A stretch of DNA of 64,000 nucleotides from the human T2T-CHM13v2.0 reference genome, Homo sapiens, in the NCBI RefSeq assembly GCF_009914755.1, contig NC_060926.1; one strand, 5' to 3'. Below the pieces are notes generated by a model, which saw only the letters and a list, made by a program, of their open reading frames with translations, was not told the origin of the DNA and did no database searches. Below are positions 14,479 through 26,888 of the stretch, one piece after another. Position 1 is the first letter of the stretch; each line of letters opens with the position of its first letter. The translations under genes and the position numbers were made by a program.

Positions 14479-15077
14479 TTACAGAAATCTGAAGATACAC
14501 AAACTACAGGAATGAACACCCTAGACAGAATGTGAGCCAACTTCTGCAGAAAGAGATTTGAGTGACTGCACCAAATCTTCATAGCTACCAAACCCATGGC
14601 TATTGGGCTGCTTACTTCAGAATCTTGGATCTTAGGTTCTGGCAGAAGGAAGATAAAGCAAGAGTAACCAGTATGCTCTATATTAAATAGTTAGTCCTTG
14701 TATAATGAGATGTGTATTCTATTTTCTCAGTATGGGGTATTCTTTTCTAATTTTGAATAATAAAGCAGAATGCCAGTATCCAACTGAGACTGTGCCCTAG
14801 TAATCTTCAAAATGAAATAGATAGCTGGTTTCCTGTATTAATATCCAGAAAAGACATTTGCCATATTAAAATTTTTTATAAATTTTATAAAATTTATAAA
14901 AATATGTGTACCATTAGGAATAATAAATACTATCCAGTAAAGTAAATATAAACACCATTCTGTAGAGTAAGTAGGACTTAGTTGTAGCTACTGTTTTGCT
15001 TTTTTGTTTAATAGAGTGAAGCTCAAAGTTTTACCATTGTATTTGTATTTACCAGCTTTCTACCTAAAGCCAGATAT

Positions 15078-15081
<4 letters not shown>

Positions 15082-15112
<31 letters not shown>

Positions 15113-15393
15113 AGACGGAGTCTTGCTCTGTCGCCCAGGCTGGACTGTAGTGGCACGATCTCTGCTCACTGCAAGCTCCCCACTCCCGGGTTCACGCCAT
15201 TCTCCTGCCTCAGCCTCTCGAGTAGCTGGGACTACAGGTGCCCGCCACCACACCAGCTAATTTTTTATATTTTTTAATGGAGATGGGATTTCACCGAGTT
15301 AGCCAGGATGGTCTCGATCTCCTGACCTTGTGATCGGCCCACCTCGGCCTCCCAAAGTGCTGAGATTACAGGCGTGAGCCACCGTGCCCAGCC
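15082..15393 (-). mobile_element. AluY with 30-nt poly(T)
   Basis: Y-diagnostic gcaagctcc..ttcacgccattc and ttagccaggatggtctcgatc. TSD agatataag (15072-15080, 15394-15402). Confidence 0.96.
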
Positions 15394-15519
15394 AGATATA
15401 AGTCTTTTAAATGTGCAATGTATGTAAAATAAAACACTGAATCTCTTTGAAAAATAATATGAAAAAGTTCTCATACAAGCAGTGTGTTTCTTCAGATATC
15501 ATAATTTGATTTCTTGCAG

Positions 15520-15593
15520 CAAAAGTTCATTTCCAACACTCAGCAGAATTAATCAAGCACCTAATAAAAGCTGGAGTGAATTATACTATGCAG
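15520..15593 (+). CDS. DPP10: DPP10 coding exon: (T)KVHFQHSAELIKHLIKAGVNYTMQ
   Basis: Acceptor ttcttgcag|, donor CAG|gtaagc. The 74 nt restore the frame (1+74). VHFQ motif. Confidence 0.97.
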
Positions 15594-16519
15594 GTAAGCT
15601 ACTTTCTTAGAAGAACGTGTTTTCCTGCTGTGTTTTTTCACTTGTGAGATACGCAACACAGCTTCTCTATTATTCCATTCTCCCTACTATTATTTTTTAA
15701 TATGTTTTTTAGTTACCAAAGATTGTGTTCTCTGTTCCTAATTACACCGAGAATGTGGATGAACTCATGCTTTACAAGTGAATTGCATGAATCCTTTCTA
15801 AATTGTCATTTTCCTCTCAGACTTATTCATATCCCAAATATTGAATTCTTTTAAAAGTAACAAGTTTCTACTTCCCTTCTTGTTCCTTTTATCTTTTCTT
15901 CCTTTTGTTGTTCCTTTCTTCCTTTTCTTGTTCCTTTTGTCTTGTTCCTTTGTCTTTATTATTAAATATGAGAGTTTATTATTAATTTATTTTTAAATAT
16001 GATAATTTATAATTCTCATAATAAATAGTGGATAAAAAATGTTTGGGGAAATATTACAAGAAAAGAAGAGAGGATAAAAGGCCATTTGCACTACCATTTA
16101 TGTCTGTGCATTCATACATTTAATATATATTTATCAAGGACATTACAGTGGTCACTCTGCTCTATGAGTAACAAGACATACATTACACTGTCAAGGAGGT
16201 TCCAGTCTGATATAAGAGTCATAGAAGGAAAAAGTAAAGTCATTTAAATTTCTCAGCATTCAGAAGAACCAAAAGTTGCTCAACCTGTCTAAAACACAAA
16301 CTACCACGTTTAGGATAATGAAATATGAAGCTATACAGATAAACAAATGTCAGGTCATTCCATAAGCAATGTTGAGGAGTATGGAGTTTTATTCAAAGGG
16401 CAATGAGGCGCCATTTAAACCTTTGTACTCAGGAATTAATGGGATAATATTTGTATTTTTTATTTGTATTTTAGAAACAGTAACAATTTTGTTTACATTG
16501 GAAAGGGAATTGTCAAAGT

Positions 16520-16740
16520 AAATAATTGCACCAGACAATGTTAAAGAGGCAAGGAAGACCTTATGAAAAACTACTGCAAAGGAGACAAAGACTGAACTCA
16601 ATGCTCTTTAAATAAAGAGCTGGAAAGTTTTCTAAACTAAATACTCCTAAAAAGGGGAGGAGAGGCCAAGGGCCTTTAGTCAAAAAGAAACTGTCCAAAG
16701 TTTAGTCAAGCTGAGGGCAAGGTTAGTCCATCTCAGTCAA
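16520..16740 (-). mobile_element. ERV1 LTR fragment (MER31/MER67-like)
   Basis: Reverse complement gactaaccttgccctcagcttgactaaactttggacag. Confidence 0.5.
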
Positions 16741-16980
16741 CATAAACATGAAAAAGTCTACCTTTTATGGCCAACATATTCTAATTTAAATACCAAATAT
16801 TAATTGACATGATTACAATTGTTTTAAAAGTTTAGCATGAATAACTTAGAGTTGAATTAGGTTTGATTTTGGTCAGATATTATTACTCAAAGTTTCCATG
16901 ACGTTAGGGCTCAGAAAATGAATGCGAGAGACAATAGCTTCTTGGATAATTTGAAATCTTCTTTCTCCTCAATATCTTAG

Positions 16981-17115
16981 GTCTACCCAGATGAAGGTCA
17001 TAACGTATCTGAGAAGAGCAAGTATCATCTCTACAGCACAATCCTCAAATTCTTCAGTGATTGTTTGAAGGAAGAAATATCTGTGCTACCACAGGAACCA
17101 GAAGAAGATGAATAA
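16981..17115 (+). CDS. DPP10: DPP10 terminal coding exon: VYPDEGHNVSEKSKYHLYSTILKFFSDCLKEEISVLPQEPEEDE*
   Basis: Acceptor tcttag|, 45 codons ending in TAA at 17113-17115. YPDEGH triad-His motif. Confidence 0.97.
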   Translation, partial: VYPDEGHNVSEKSKYHLYSTILKFFSDCLKEEISVLPQEPEEDE

Positions 17116-17603
17116 TGGACTGTATTTATACAGAACTGAAGGGAATATTGAGGCTCAATGAAACCTGACAAAGAGACTGTAATATTGTAGTTGCTCCAGA
17201 ATGTCAAGGGCAGCTTACGGAGATGTCACTGGAGCAGCACGCTCAGAGACAGTGAACTAGCATTTGAATACACAAGTCCAAGTCTACTGTGTTGCTAGGG
17301 GTGCAGAACCCGTTTCTTTGTATGAGAGAGGTCAAAGGGTTGGTTTCCTGGGAGAAATTAGTTTTGCATTAAAGTAGGAGTAGTGCATGTTTTCTTCTGT
17401 TATCCCCCTGTTTGTTCTGTAACTAGTTGCTCTCATTTTAATTTCACTGGCCACCATCATCTTTGCATATAATGCACAATCTATCATCTGTCCTACAGTC
17501 CCTGATCTTTCATGGCTGAGCTGCAATCTAACACTTTACTGTACCTTTATAATAAGTGCAATTCTTTCATTGTCTATTATTATGCTTAAGAAAATATTCA
17601 GTT

Positions 17604-17609
17604 AATAAA
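17604..17609 (+). terminator. Candidate proximal polyadenylation signal AATAAA
   Basis: Canonical hexamer followed by T/GT-rich sequence (tttatgtaatttctgttttt). Confidence 0.45.
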
Positions 17610-18449
17610 AAACAGAGTATTTTATGTAATTTCTGTTTTTAAAAAGACATTATTAAATGGGTCAAAGGACATATAGAAATGTGGATTTCAGCACCTTCCA
17701 AAGTTCAGCCAGTTATCAGTAGATACAATATCTTTAAATGAACACACGAGTGTATGTCTCACAATATATATACACAAGTGTGCATATACAGTTAATGAAA
17801 CTATCTTTAAATGTTATTCATGCTATAAAGAGTAAACGTTTGATGAATTAGAAGAGATGCTCTTTTCCAAGCTATAATGGATGCTTTGTTTAATGAGCCA
17901 AATATGATGAAACATTTTTTCCAATTCAAATTCTAGCTATTGCTTTCCTATAAATGTTTGGGTTGTGTTTGGTATTGTTTTTAGTGGTTAATAGTTTTCC
18001 AGTTGCATTTAATTTTTTGAATATGATACCTTGTCACATGTAAATTAGATACTTAAATATTAAATTATAGTTTCTGATAAAGAAATTTTGTTAACAATGC
18101 AATGCCACTGAGTGCTATTTTGCTCTTTTGGTGGAGAAGGCTTTTTTCAAAACTCTTGGTCCTTTTACTTCTTTCTCTCAGTGCAGAATCAATTCTCATT
18201 TTCATCGTAAAAGCAAATAGCTGGATTATTTCATTTGCCAGTTTCTATTTAGTATTCCATGCCTGCCCAATTCATCTGTTACTGTTTAATTTCAATTCTT
18301 CTGGTGAGAATTAGAAATGAAATATTTTTTATTCATTGGCCAAAAAGTTCACAGACAGCAGTGTTTGCTATTTACTTTGAATTGAAGGCACAAAATGCAT
18401 CAATTCCTGTGCTGTGTTGACTTGCAGTAGTAAGTAACTGAGAGCATAA

Positions 18450-18455
18450 AATAAA
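18450..18455 (+). terminator. Candidate intermediate polyadenylation signal AATAAA
   Basis: Canonical hexamer within the 3'UTR. Confidence 0.35.
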
Positions 18456-20387
18456 CCTGACTGTATGAAGTCAATTTAAGTGATGAGAACATTTAACTTT
18501 GGTGACTAAAGTCAGAATATCTTCTCACTTCACTTAAGGGATCTTCCAGAAGATATCTAAAAGTCTGTAATAAGCTTAGAAGTTCAGATAAATCTAGGCA
18601 GGATACTGCATTTTTGTGGTTTTAAAAAAGTCCTTAGGACAGACTGAATTATCATAACTTATGGCATCAGGAGGAAACTTTAAAATATCAAGGAATCACT
18701 CAGTCACCCTCCTGTTTTGTTGAAGGATCAACCCCAAATTCTGGGTATTTGAGTACATGTGAATCATGGATTTGGTATTCAACTTTTTCCCTGGATGCTT
18801 TGGAATCGTGTCTTCCATGCTCCATTGGGTTCAATTTAAAATAGGAGAGGCTTTCTCTTCTGAAAGATCCATTTTAGGTCTTTTTCAAGAATAGTGAACA
18901 CATTTTTTAACAAAATAAGTTGTAATTTTAAAAGGAAAGTTTTGCCTATTTTATTAAGATGGAAATTTCTTTTTAGGCTAATTTGAAATCCAACTGAAGC
19001 TTTTTAACCAATATTTTAAATTTGAACCACTAGAGTTTTTTATGATGCAAATGATTATGTTGTCTGAAAGGTGTGGTTTTATTGAATGTCTATTTGAGTA
19101 TCATTTAAAAAGTATTTGCCTTTTACTGTCATCATTTCTCTTGTTTTATTATTATTATCAATGTTTATCTATTTTTCAATTAATTTAATACAGTTTCTAA
19201 TGTGAAAGACATTTTTCTGGAACCCGTTTTCCCCTTAAACACTAAAGAGACCTCAAGTGAAAGCATATTGCTTAGTAGGAAGGTAGAAAATGTTAATCCC
19301 TGCGATTCTTTGAGTTTTAATGACAGGGTCATTTTCAGTAAAGGAAATGCTCACCAACACATAGTCACCAACTATTAAAGGAATCATGTGATTGGATTTT
19401 CCCCTGTATACATGTACCCTTGGTCATAATCCCACTATTTCATACATATTTATGCATTGCTAGATTTTCCTAGGACTCCAATAGCATGCTTTCCAAGTGT
19501 TATTATTCCCTTAATGTTAAAGAAAAAAATCAATATATTGAATTCTATAATTAAATAGGTAAGCAGTATTAAATCATCCACAGAGATAAACAATCTCTTG
19601 AAACTCTTTTGAAAGAGAAAAGTGTTTGTTCACTTTCATTGCCTTCATTAAGATCTCCAAATACTCAGAGACTAAGCAGGCTATTCTCATCTCTTTGAGT
19701 TTCCTGACAGAACTAAAGGAAGGAATCACTCTTCAAAAGATGGATCTCACTTCACTCTGAAAATGTGCCTTTTTTTAATTGGGTGTTTAGCATAAAAATC
19801 ACTATTGGGGATCTTACAGATGTCTGTTGTAGATCTATTACAATGAGGTGACTTAGACATTGGGCTTTACCATATTAGAGAATTACTTAAGCCATTGTCC
19901 TTCAAATGTTGGGCTTGGAGACAGAAGTACCTTGGACTGAATTGCTTTCAAGTCTCTAGAATCACTGACAGCACATAGCTTCTATGAGGAGTTATATATG
20001 AAATACCACTTGTGTCCCTCCTCAAGTTCTCTGACCACCTTCACATCCTGCGGCCACCAACACTGTATGGATACAATCTGGCCTCTCAGCTCTGCTCACT
20101 TTCACTTTCTGTTCTGGGGATTCTCTGATACTAATTTTGGCTACTTGGTAGAACCAAGAGACAAATCGCTTACATGCTGCAAACCGATGTGAAGGTGTTA
20201 CTAACCCGCTAAAACACAATTAATGAAAGACTGTAGCAGGTAACTGATCTTTCCCTCAGATATTCTACATGGTCCATGGAAGACTCTGTGGGCCGCAGAA
20301 GCCCATAGCTGCATACCCTTCTATTTTCCTCTTCCCCATTTCACTCTTTTAAGCTCCCTACTCCTATTCCCTATGATCACTTTCCAA

Positions 20388-20534
20388 AATAAACGGCAGG
20401 TGTGCTAGCTGTTGTCTTAGACTCTGCTTTCTGGAAACTATTTTTCCCCTCCACAAGAAATTATCACTGTGAATATTACAGGAGGAGAAATAAAATAAGA
20501 ATAAATCAGTGGTTTATTTTCAGGTTCGAATAAA
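20388..20534 (+). terminator. Distal poly(A) signal cluster (AATAAA at 20388, 20489, 20500, 20529)
   Basis: Four canonical hexamers within 150 bp at the end of the repeat-free stretch. Confidence 0.6.
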
Positions 20535-20554
20535 CTCTTTCTAATGAAAATGTA

Positions 20555-20790
20555 TTGGACTCTTACTAAGTGCCAAACCTATGATAAATGCTCTACATGC
20601 ACTATCAAATTGAATCTTCTCAAAATGCCCTAAGGAGGTATTATGTTTCCCATTTTACAGATAAGGAAATTCAGTTTTAGAGAAGTATGTAGCTTGCCCA
20701 CATTTATGTAAGTAGTAAGTAAAAACACTAAAACCCAGCACCAGCCAACTTAGAAGTTCATGTTCTTAGTGATTCTGCTCTCCAGCACTC
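20555..20790 (-). mobile_element. MIR
   Basis: cccattttacagataaggaaattcag core. Confidence 0.75.
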
Positions 20791-21724
20791 CTGAAATAAG
20801 GAGAGTTAACCCATGTTGACAGCACATGAGAAAACATTCTGAATATTTAAACACATGGTTCCAAATATTTTTGAGAATAGTTTCATAGCAATAATACTGA
20901 AAAGTAATGGGCAAACTAATTTACCATTGTGGAATGTTTGAAGATACATGAATTCCCTAATGTCAAGAGGACATATGTAACATTAAAACATGTTTTCTTT
21001 CTCCGTTGAAGATACGTAAGAGTTATTCTTGTGCATGGAAACCCTTGCTCAGAAGACCATGACTATATGCTTGGAAGTCATTAGTAAATCTCCTTGCTTG
21101 GACATTATACCAAAAACACTGCAAAATCATTCAGAGATGCATCTATATACTGCAGAACCATTATATTGTTCAAAACACCCAGGCTTGTAAACATGAAAAC
21201 CTCATGTAGTTCTCAAACCTTACAACACACACAAAGCATGTCACATTTCAAGTCATAGCAGACACCCACAATCCTATTTGCAATCTGACGCAGGAAAGTT
21301 GCATTACCTCCCACTTTTCTACTAGTGTAGAAATAGATTTGCTTTACCACTGATCAGATCTGCTAACAACACTTTTATTTCATTTAGCAATATTCCAGCA
21401 ATTGTTGAGGAGAGATTCTGTGAATTCGAAAAAAATCCCTCTCTCATAAACAAGGCAGACAGGTTTTAAAAAGAAAATAAGTCACATCAAAGTACAATTT
21501 TTATTATTTCTCTTTTAGACTTCCAATTAAGCTTATGGTCGACTGATACAAGCATCACAGACTTCTAATAACAACAGTTGGGATAGTAAGAAAATTTCTG
21601 TGCCAATTCTCACAACCTGTCTATTTCTATCATACCTACCCCCGTTGTAACGAAGTTATTTTTGACATGTGTGAAGCTTGAGAATGCAGATTTCTATCCG
21701 GCCAGTTGCATCAGAGAAAAGGAA

Positions 21725-21920
21725 CTCACATTTATTCTACACCTATGCTTTTTGTTACATAAGCTCAGCTAATCCTCAGTCCAGCCATATGAGATACATA
21801 CTATTGTTCTCTGATAAAGAAATCAAGATTCAGAGAAATTAAACAATTTTCCAACAAAGCCACATAGTGCGTAAATGATGGAACCAATATTTGAAGTTAG
21901 ACCCTGATGATCTCCAAGCC
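21725..21920 (-). mobile_element. MIR
   Basis: gataaagaaatcaagattcagagaaattaaacaattttcc core. Confidence 0.6.
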
Positions 21921-22124
21921 CTCACATGTGATGGTTTTATCCATGCATTTTTTAAAGCTAGTTCCTAAAGTTCATCATCATCTCTTTGGATTCAGTTTTC
22001 AATGAATCCTCACTGTTCAAAGATGGACATCTTTGAACCCTCACTGTTCAAAGATGCCATTTTGCATGCTTCTGGCTGCAGGGAACTAAATACAAAATTT
22101 TAAATGGCTTAAATACTTGTGATT

Positions 22125-22266
22125 CAATATATGCACAGCTTGGACGTCACCTGGGAGTTTGTTAGATATGTATACTCTAAGGCACTACCATGACCTTCTT
22201 GAATCAGAACCCGAATGTTAACAAGATCCCCAAGTGATGTGCACATTAAAGTTTGAGAAACACTAG
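22125..22266. mobile_element. MER5A-type MITE within an old MaLR (MLT1)-like stretch
   Basis: tcacctgggagtttgttaga...gaatcagaa...aacaagatccccaagtgat...aagtttgagaaacact. Confidence 0.7.
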
Positions 22267-22820
22267 CTTCAATGATAGGAACTATTACTGATTCACATTC
22301 CAGGAGCGCTAAAGTTGGGTGCTTCTAGGTCAGTTAACAGATCAATGATACACTCAAATCCCAGTCTCCTCCCAAGTTTACACTTTTGCTTTGGTCTGCT
22401 TTTTGTTCCCTGCCTTGTTTTCAGATAACTGCAGCTGCCCCAGGCAATGTATCATCTTTTCGGAGCATTGTCCAAGGATAGAAAGTCAAAGGACGACTCT
22501 CCTCTTGCCTATCTTTTATCGGGAAAGATAATTTTCTCCGGAAGTCTTAAGAAGGATTTTCTCAGGTCCCTTTGTACTCTACAGGCTTTCATTGCAGGCC
22601 CTTCTCCTAGATATAAGGAAAGCTGGGAAGCAATACATCTGAATTTGCAATCTCTTTGGTAAGGGTGCCACAAGGAAGAAGGATACGAGAATGAACATAA
22701 ATGAGATCAAGGCACCGAGGGAAAGGTACACCCTACCCACGGCGATAAGGTCCTTGATGCTGGCATCTCATCTGGAGGAATACCTCAAAGTATTAAACAT
22801 TAAAAGCTGTGTTTTATACA

Positions 22821-23524
22821 TAATACAGTAGGTCGCTAGTCAGACGTGAGCAGAGGAGGAGAGGACTCCTGCCCACCACGAATGTTGGGTGACCATCATC
22901 AGGTGATGGTCAGACAGGTGTTTCACTGCCTCTTTAAAATAATAATTGGTCCTAACTAGCGCCAGGGAAAGGCAGCCTCCCAATAAACAGAAACACCTGA
23001 AACTGGTGGTCAGCAGCTTCCCAATCATATTAGTATCTCAGGAGCTGGGCTAGTGGGCTCAAGCATGCGCACCGAGAGGCGCAATGGTGGTGTTTAATTG
23101 GTATAGGACCTTCTGTCAAGGGAAGAACGCCTCAAGGGAGCACGCATGCGACTCCAGTAGACACTGTACATGCAGCCCCTCGGAAACTGTGGCAGGCCAC
23201 TGCGTGTGCAGACAGCCCACCCCAAGTGAAGACTCGGGAGGCGCAACGCAAGGCCCCGTAAGTACGCCCACATATAAAACCCAAAGTCAAAAGGTCAAGG
23301 TCAAACGGTGCACTTTATCTCTCAAGTCCCCCACTTGGCCTTCTTCCAAATGTACTTTCCTTTCTTTCCTTCCTTCTCTAAAGCCTTTTACTAATGTTTC
23401 ATTCCTGCTCTGACACTTGCCTTAGTCCCTCCTTCTGCCTTCTGCCTCCTCAGTGGAATCCTTTCTCCTGAGGAGGCAAGAGCTGAGCTTGCTGCAGATC
23501 CATACGGATTCACTGCCAGTAACA
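22821..23524 (+). mobile_element. MER50 (ERV1) solo LTR, full length
   Basis: 5' end ..agtaggtcgctagtcagacgtgagcag, internal aaaataataattggtc..gcgccagggaaaggcag, TATAAAA at 23273, 3' end ..gcagatccatacggattcactgccagtaaca. Degenerate 4-bp TSD taca/caca. Confidence 0.85.
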
Positions 23525-24238
23525 CACAGACCCACTTTTCCTCTCGGAAGATCCCAGACATCGACTCCACTCTCTGTTCCTGAGAGTGAGTACACTCTTC
23601 CCTGGTTGACATTTACTATTTTCACCTGTGCTCTTCATCATTGACGCATTTTCCAGTGCAGGCAGGCAGTTTGGAAATGTGATTGCTGTGCTAGCAGTCC
23701 CATTTGGTAGGCTTTATCTGCTCTAACACAATTTATGATGCCTTGATTATCTCCGTATGGCCTACATTGCTGGGCACGCCATTAATCCTCCTGATTGATG
23801 GATTGTGTAAGGCACATACCAATTGGAAAAGAAAAGACCTGACAAGGAAACACAGGTAACGCAGCCTCCCAATTCATATGCACTTTTAATAGGTGTAATT
23901 CTCATTACACTCCAACTCTCTATGCCTTAGGACATCATGTGTGACTTTTAATGATCTGTAGAGTGTAATTGCATTTCAAGCCCTTGGTAAGAACAAATTG
24001 TAAATTCCCTTGCTCAGATAAAGGAAAAATTTTAACATCAGGGTTGACTTCAATCATGAAATAACACAAAGATCATTTATGCCTACTATGTACCAGGTAG
24101 TCTGCTGGATGGCACAGCGTTAGGATCCTTGTTTTAACACTGAATCTAATTAATAAGTCTAACATATGAGTGGATATTTCAGTACAAATGTTACAGCTAA
24201 ATGAGTCAGCAGTTACTAAAAAATATCAGCATAGTCAA

Positions 24239-24535
<297 letters not shown>

Positions 24536-24811
24536 CACTGAGTCATTTTTAATGCTCACCTAATTAATTGAGTGCGCTATTCTCTTGTGCCCACCCCACC
24601 TTCAAAAAATATTTCATAATGAATCTACTTTTTAAAATTTCAGTAAAAAGGGCTCCATAGCCCACTTTTATACCAAAAGTGGTTGGTCTATATGTAGTTG
24701 CCCGTTCCACTCTCAATTTCAAGGACATTTGTAGTAAAGCCCTGCCATTTTTTGACAATTATTTCTTAGTCCAAATTGCCTCTGGCATAAGGGCATTGAC
24801 AACAAAAGTTT

Positions 24812-24855
24812 AGTTTTGTTTTGTTTTGTTTTGTTTTGTTTTGTTTTGTTTTGTT
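24812..24855. repeat. (TTTTG)n microsatellite
   Basis: Directly visible. Confidence 0.95.
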
Positions 24856-26325
24856 ATTCTGTGGTGTGTGGGCATTATTTTAAGTCAATTTGTCAAGGGT
24901 AGAAGAAACAAATTTACATCTCATAGAAAAATAAATATTTCCAGAGAGTGAAAAATTTTCAAAAAGTCAAATGGCTACTTGCCCCTTGCCCACCCACTGC
25001 CTTTGGATCTCAGTTGTGTCTCTACCCAGCTTGGACCCAGAACCAGCCTTTTCCTTTGTGCTTTATTGACCTTTCAGTGCTTTTCTCATTCTCCAAAACC
25101 AGGAAATTGTATAATTTGCAAGCTTTTCTTTTGTTCTTAGGTTGACAGATAATAGTAAAAGGAGTAAAGAGTTTCGATATTTGGAATTATGCTTTTAACT
25201 TCATCTGGACTCTACTCTAAATTTAAAAATTTTCTTTAACTGTTATCCACTTTTCTATCAAATTCTAATATATATTTCTTAACAATTTCCAGTTATCCTC
25301 AATTCCTAAATCCCCCTAACTTAATCTATTTCATTGAATATAATTTCTCATTCATATATGCTCTTTTTAATGTGCAGAATTTATATTATGCCCTACTCAG
25401 TTTATAAATTGCTATGATAAAATATGTTAATAATGATGAGCGCTAACATTAACTAGCTGCTTGATTTGTACCAAGTCCTAAGATATGCGCATTAACACAC
25501 TTATTTTTAACTTTAAAACAGTAACTAGTTAAGTATGATCACCATCTCAACTTTTACATGAGAAAACTGCAAGCTTAGAAAATTTAAATAAGTTATTAAA
25601 GGTCAGCGGATTAGTCAAAGTAAGACATACTAGTTAGGGCAACAAAAGGAAAAGAAAACAAATTTCAGTATGTTAAGAAAATAAAGCTTTATTTTTCACT
25701 CGCATGAAGTCACATATGGGCAGGTAAAAGCTATTATTCCTTATGCCATCTGGAGCATGTGGCCTCCATGCTGTAACCTCAAGGGCAGAGAAGGTTGAAG
25801 GAGACACACAAAGCCAGCTTTCAATTGCCATCTCTCTGAAGTGACACGTATCACATCTGTTTGTAGTCTATTATTGAGGACAGCTCTGAGTCCCCACCTA
25901 ACAGCACAAGGGTTGGAAAATGCATGGGAACAAATTGAGAATTTAGTGAGCACTAGCTGTCACTGTCACAGTCCACCATCTGGATATCAAAAATTTTACT
26001 TGTTCCTTCAATTTCCCTACACATTAAGCATAATCAGGTCCACCCCAAGAAACATAACTCCAAACCCTTCCAGCTGAAAGCCTGGGATTTCTGGGTGTTT
26101 TTAAGTGGTCCTTACATTAAATTTATATACAACTCCTTTTTGTCTGAAAAACTTTGAACTTTAAAATAATCAGTTTTCTGTCTTTCATGCTCCTAATAAC
26201 AGTAGAACAGGGATGAAATAACCAAAATAAATAGTTCTATTTGGAAAGGAAAAGAATAAGTAAGTCTGCCTTAGGAAGCAACACAGTTTCCCTAGCCCAC
26301 CTCTTACTTAAAAACAGATGGCAGC

Positions 26326-26744
26326 TGATAGAGTTTGGATGTTTGTCCCCTCCAAAGCTCATGTTGAAATGTAACCCCCAATGTTGGAGATGGTGCCTAG
26401 TTGGGGTCTTTGAGTCATGGGGATGGATCCTGTATGAATAGCTTGCTTTCATCCCATGGTAATGAGTGATTTCTCTCTCTTGTAGTTTGTACAAGAGCTG
26501 GTTGTTTAAAAGAGCATAGTATTTCTCCCCATCTCTCTTGCTCTCACTCACCATGTGATATTCCAGCTCCCCCTTTGTCTTCTGCCATGGTTGTATGCTT
26601 CCTGAAGCCCTCACCAGAAGCCATGCAGATACTGGTGCAATGCCGGTATAGTCTGCAGAACTGTGAGCCAAAATAAACCTTTTTTTTTCATAAATTGCTC
26701 AGTCTCAGGTATTCCTTTATAGTAAGGCAAAATGGACTAATACA
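26326..26744 (+). mobile_element. MST (MSTA/MSTB) MaLR solo LTR
   Basis: tgatagagtttggatgtttgtcccctccaaa...aataaacc...aatggactaataca. Confidence 0.85.
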
Positions 26745-26888
26745 GGAGTCCAACTATTTTCTTAAGACTTAAGCAGTGAAATTCCATTTTGCATATATTT
26801 AGTGCTGGGAAATTAGTACGTTCCTTATTTATTTAACTTTCAAACTGGTCTAAAACTAGTCATTAAATTCAAATTTCTTTTAGATCAT

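Larger units (their letters stand above)
17116..20550 (+). other. DPP10: DPP10 3'UTR (long form; the 3' end is inferred)
   Basis: AU-rich sequence after the stop with no recognisable interspersed repeat, ending in a cluster of AATAAA hexamers. Interspersed repeats (MIR) resume immediately afterwards. Confidence 0.7.

Noticed and set aside
19511-19530. Possible transcript end at ttaatgttaaagaaaaaaa
   Set aside because: A genomic A-rich stretch with no AATAAA just upstream. cDNA ends here would be suspect for internal oligo-dT priming.
22003-22056. Repeat-spacer-repeat pattern superficially like a CRISPR array or recombination site
   Set aside because: Only two direct units, no unique spacers and a eukaryotic context. 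Better explained by template switching.
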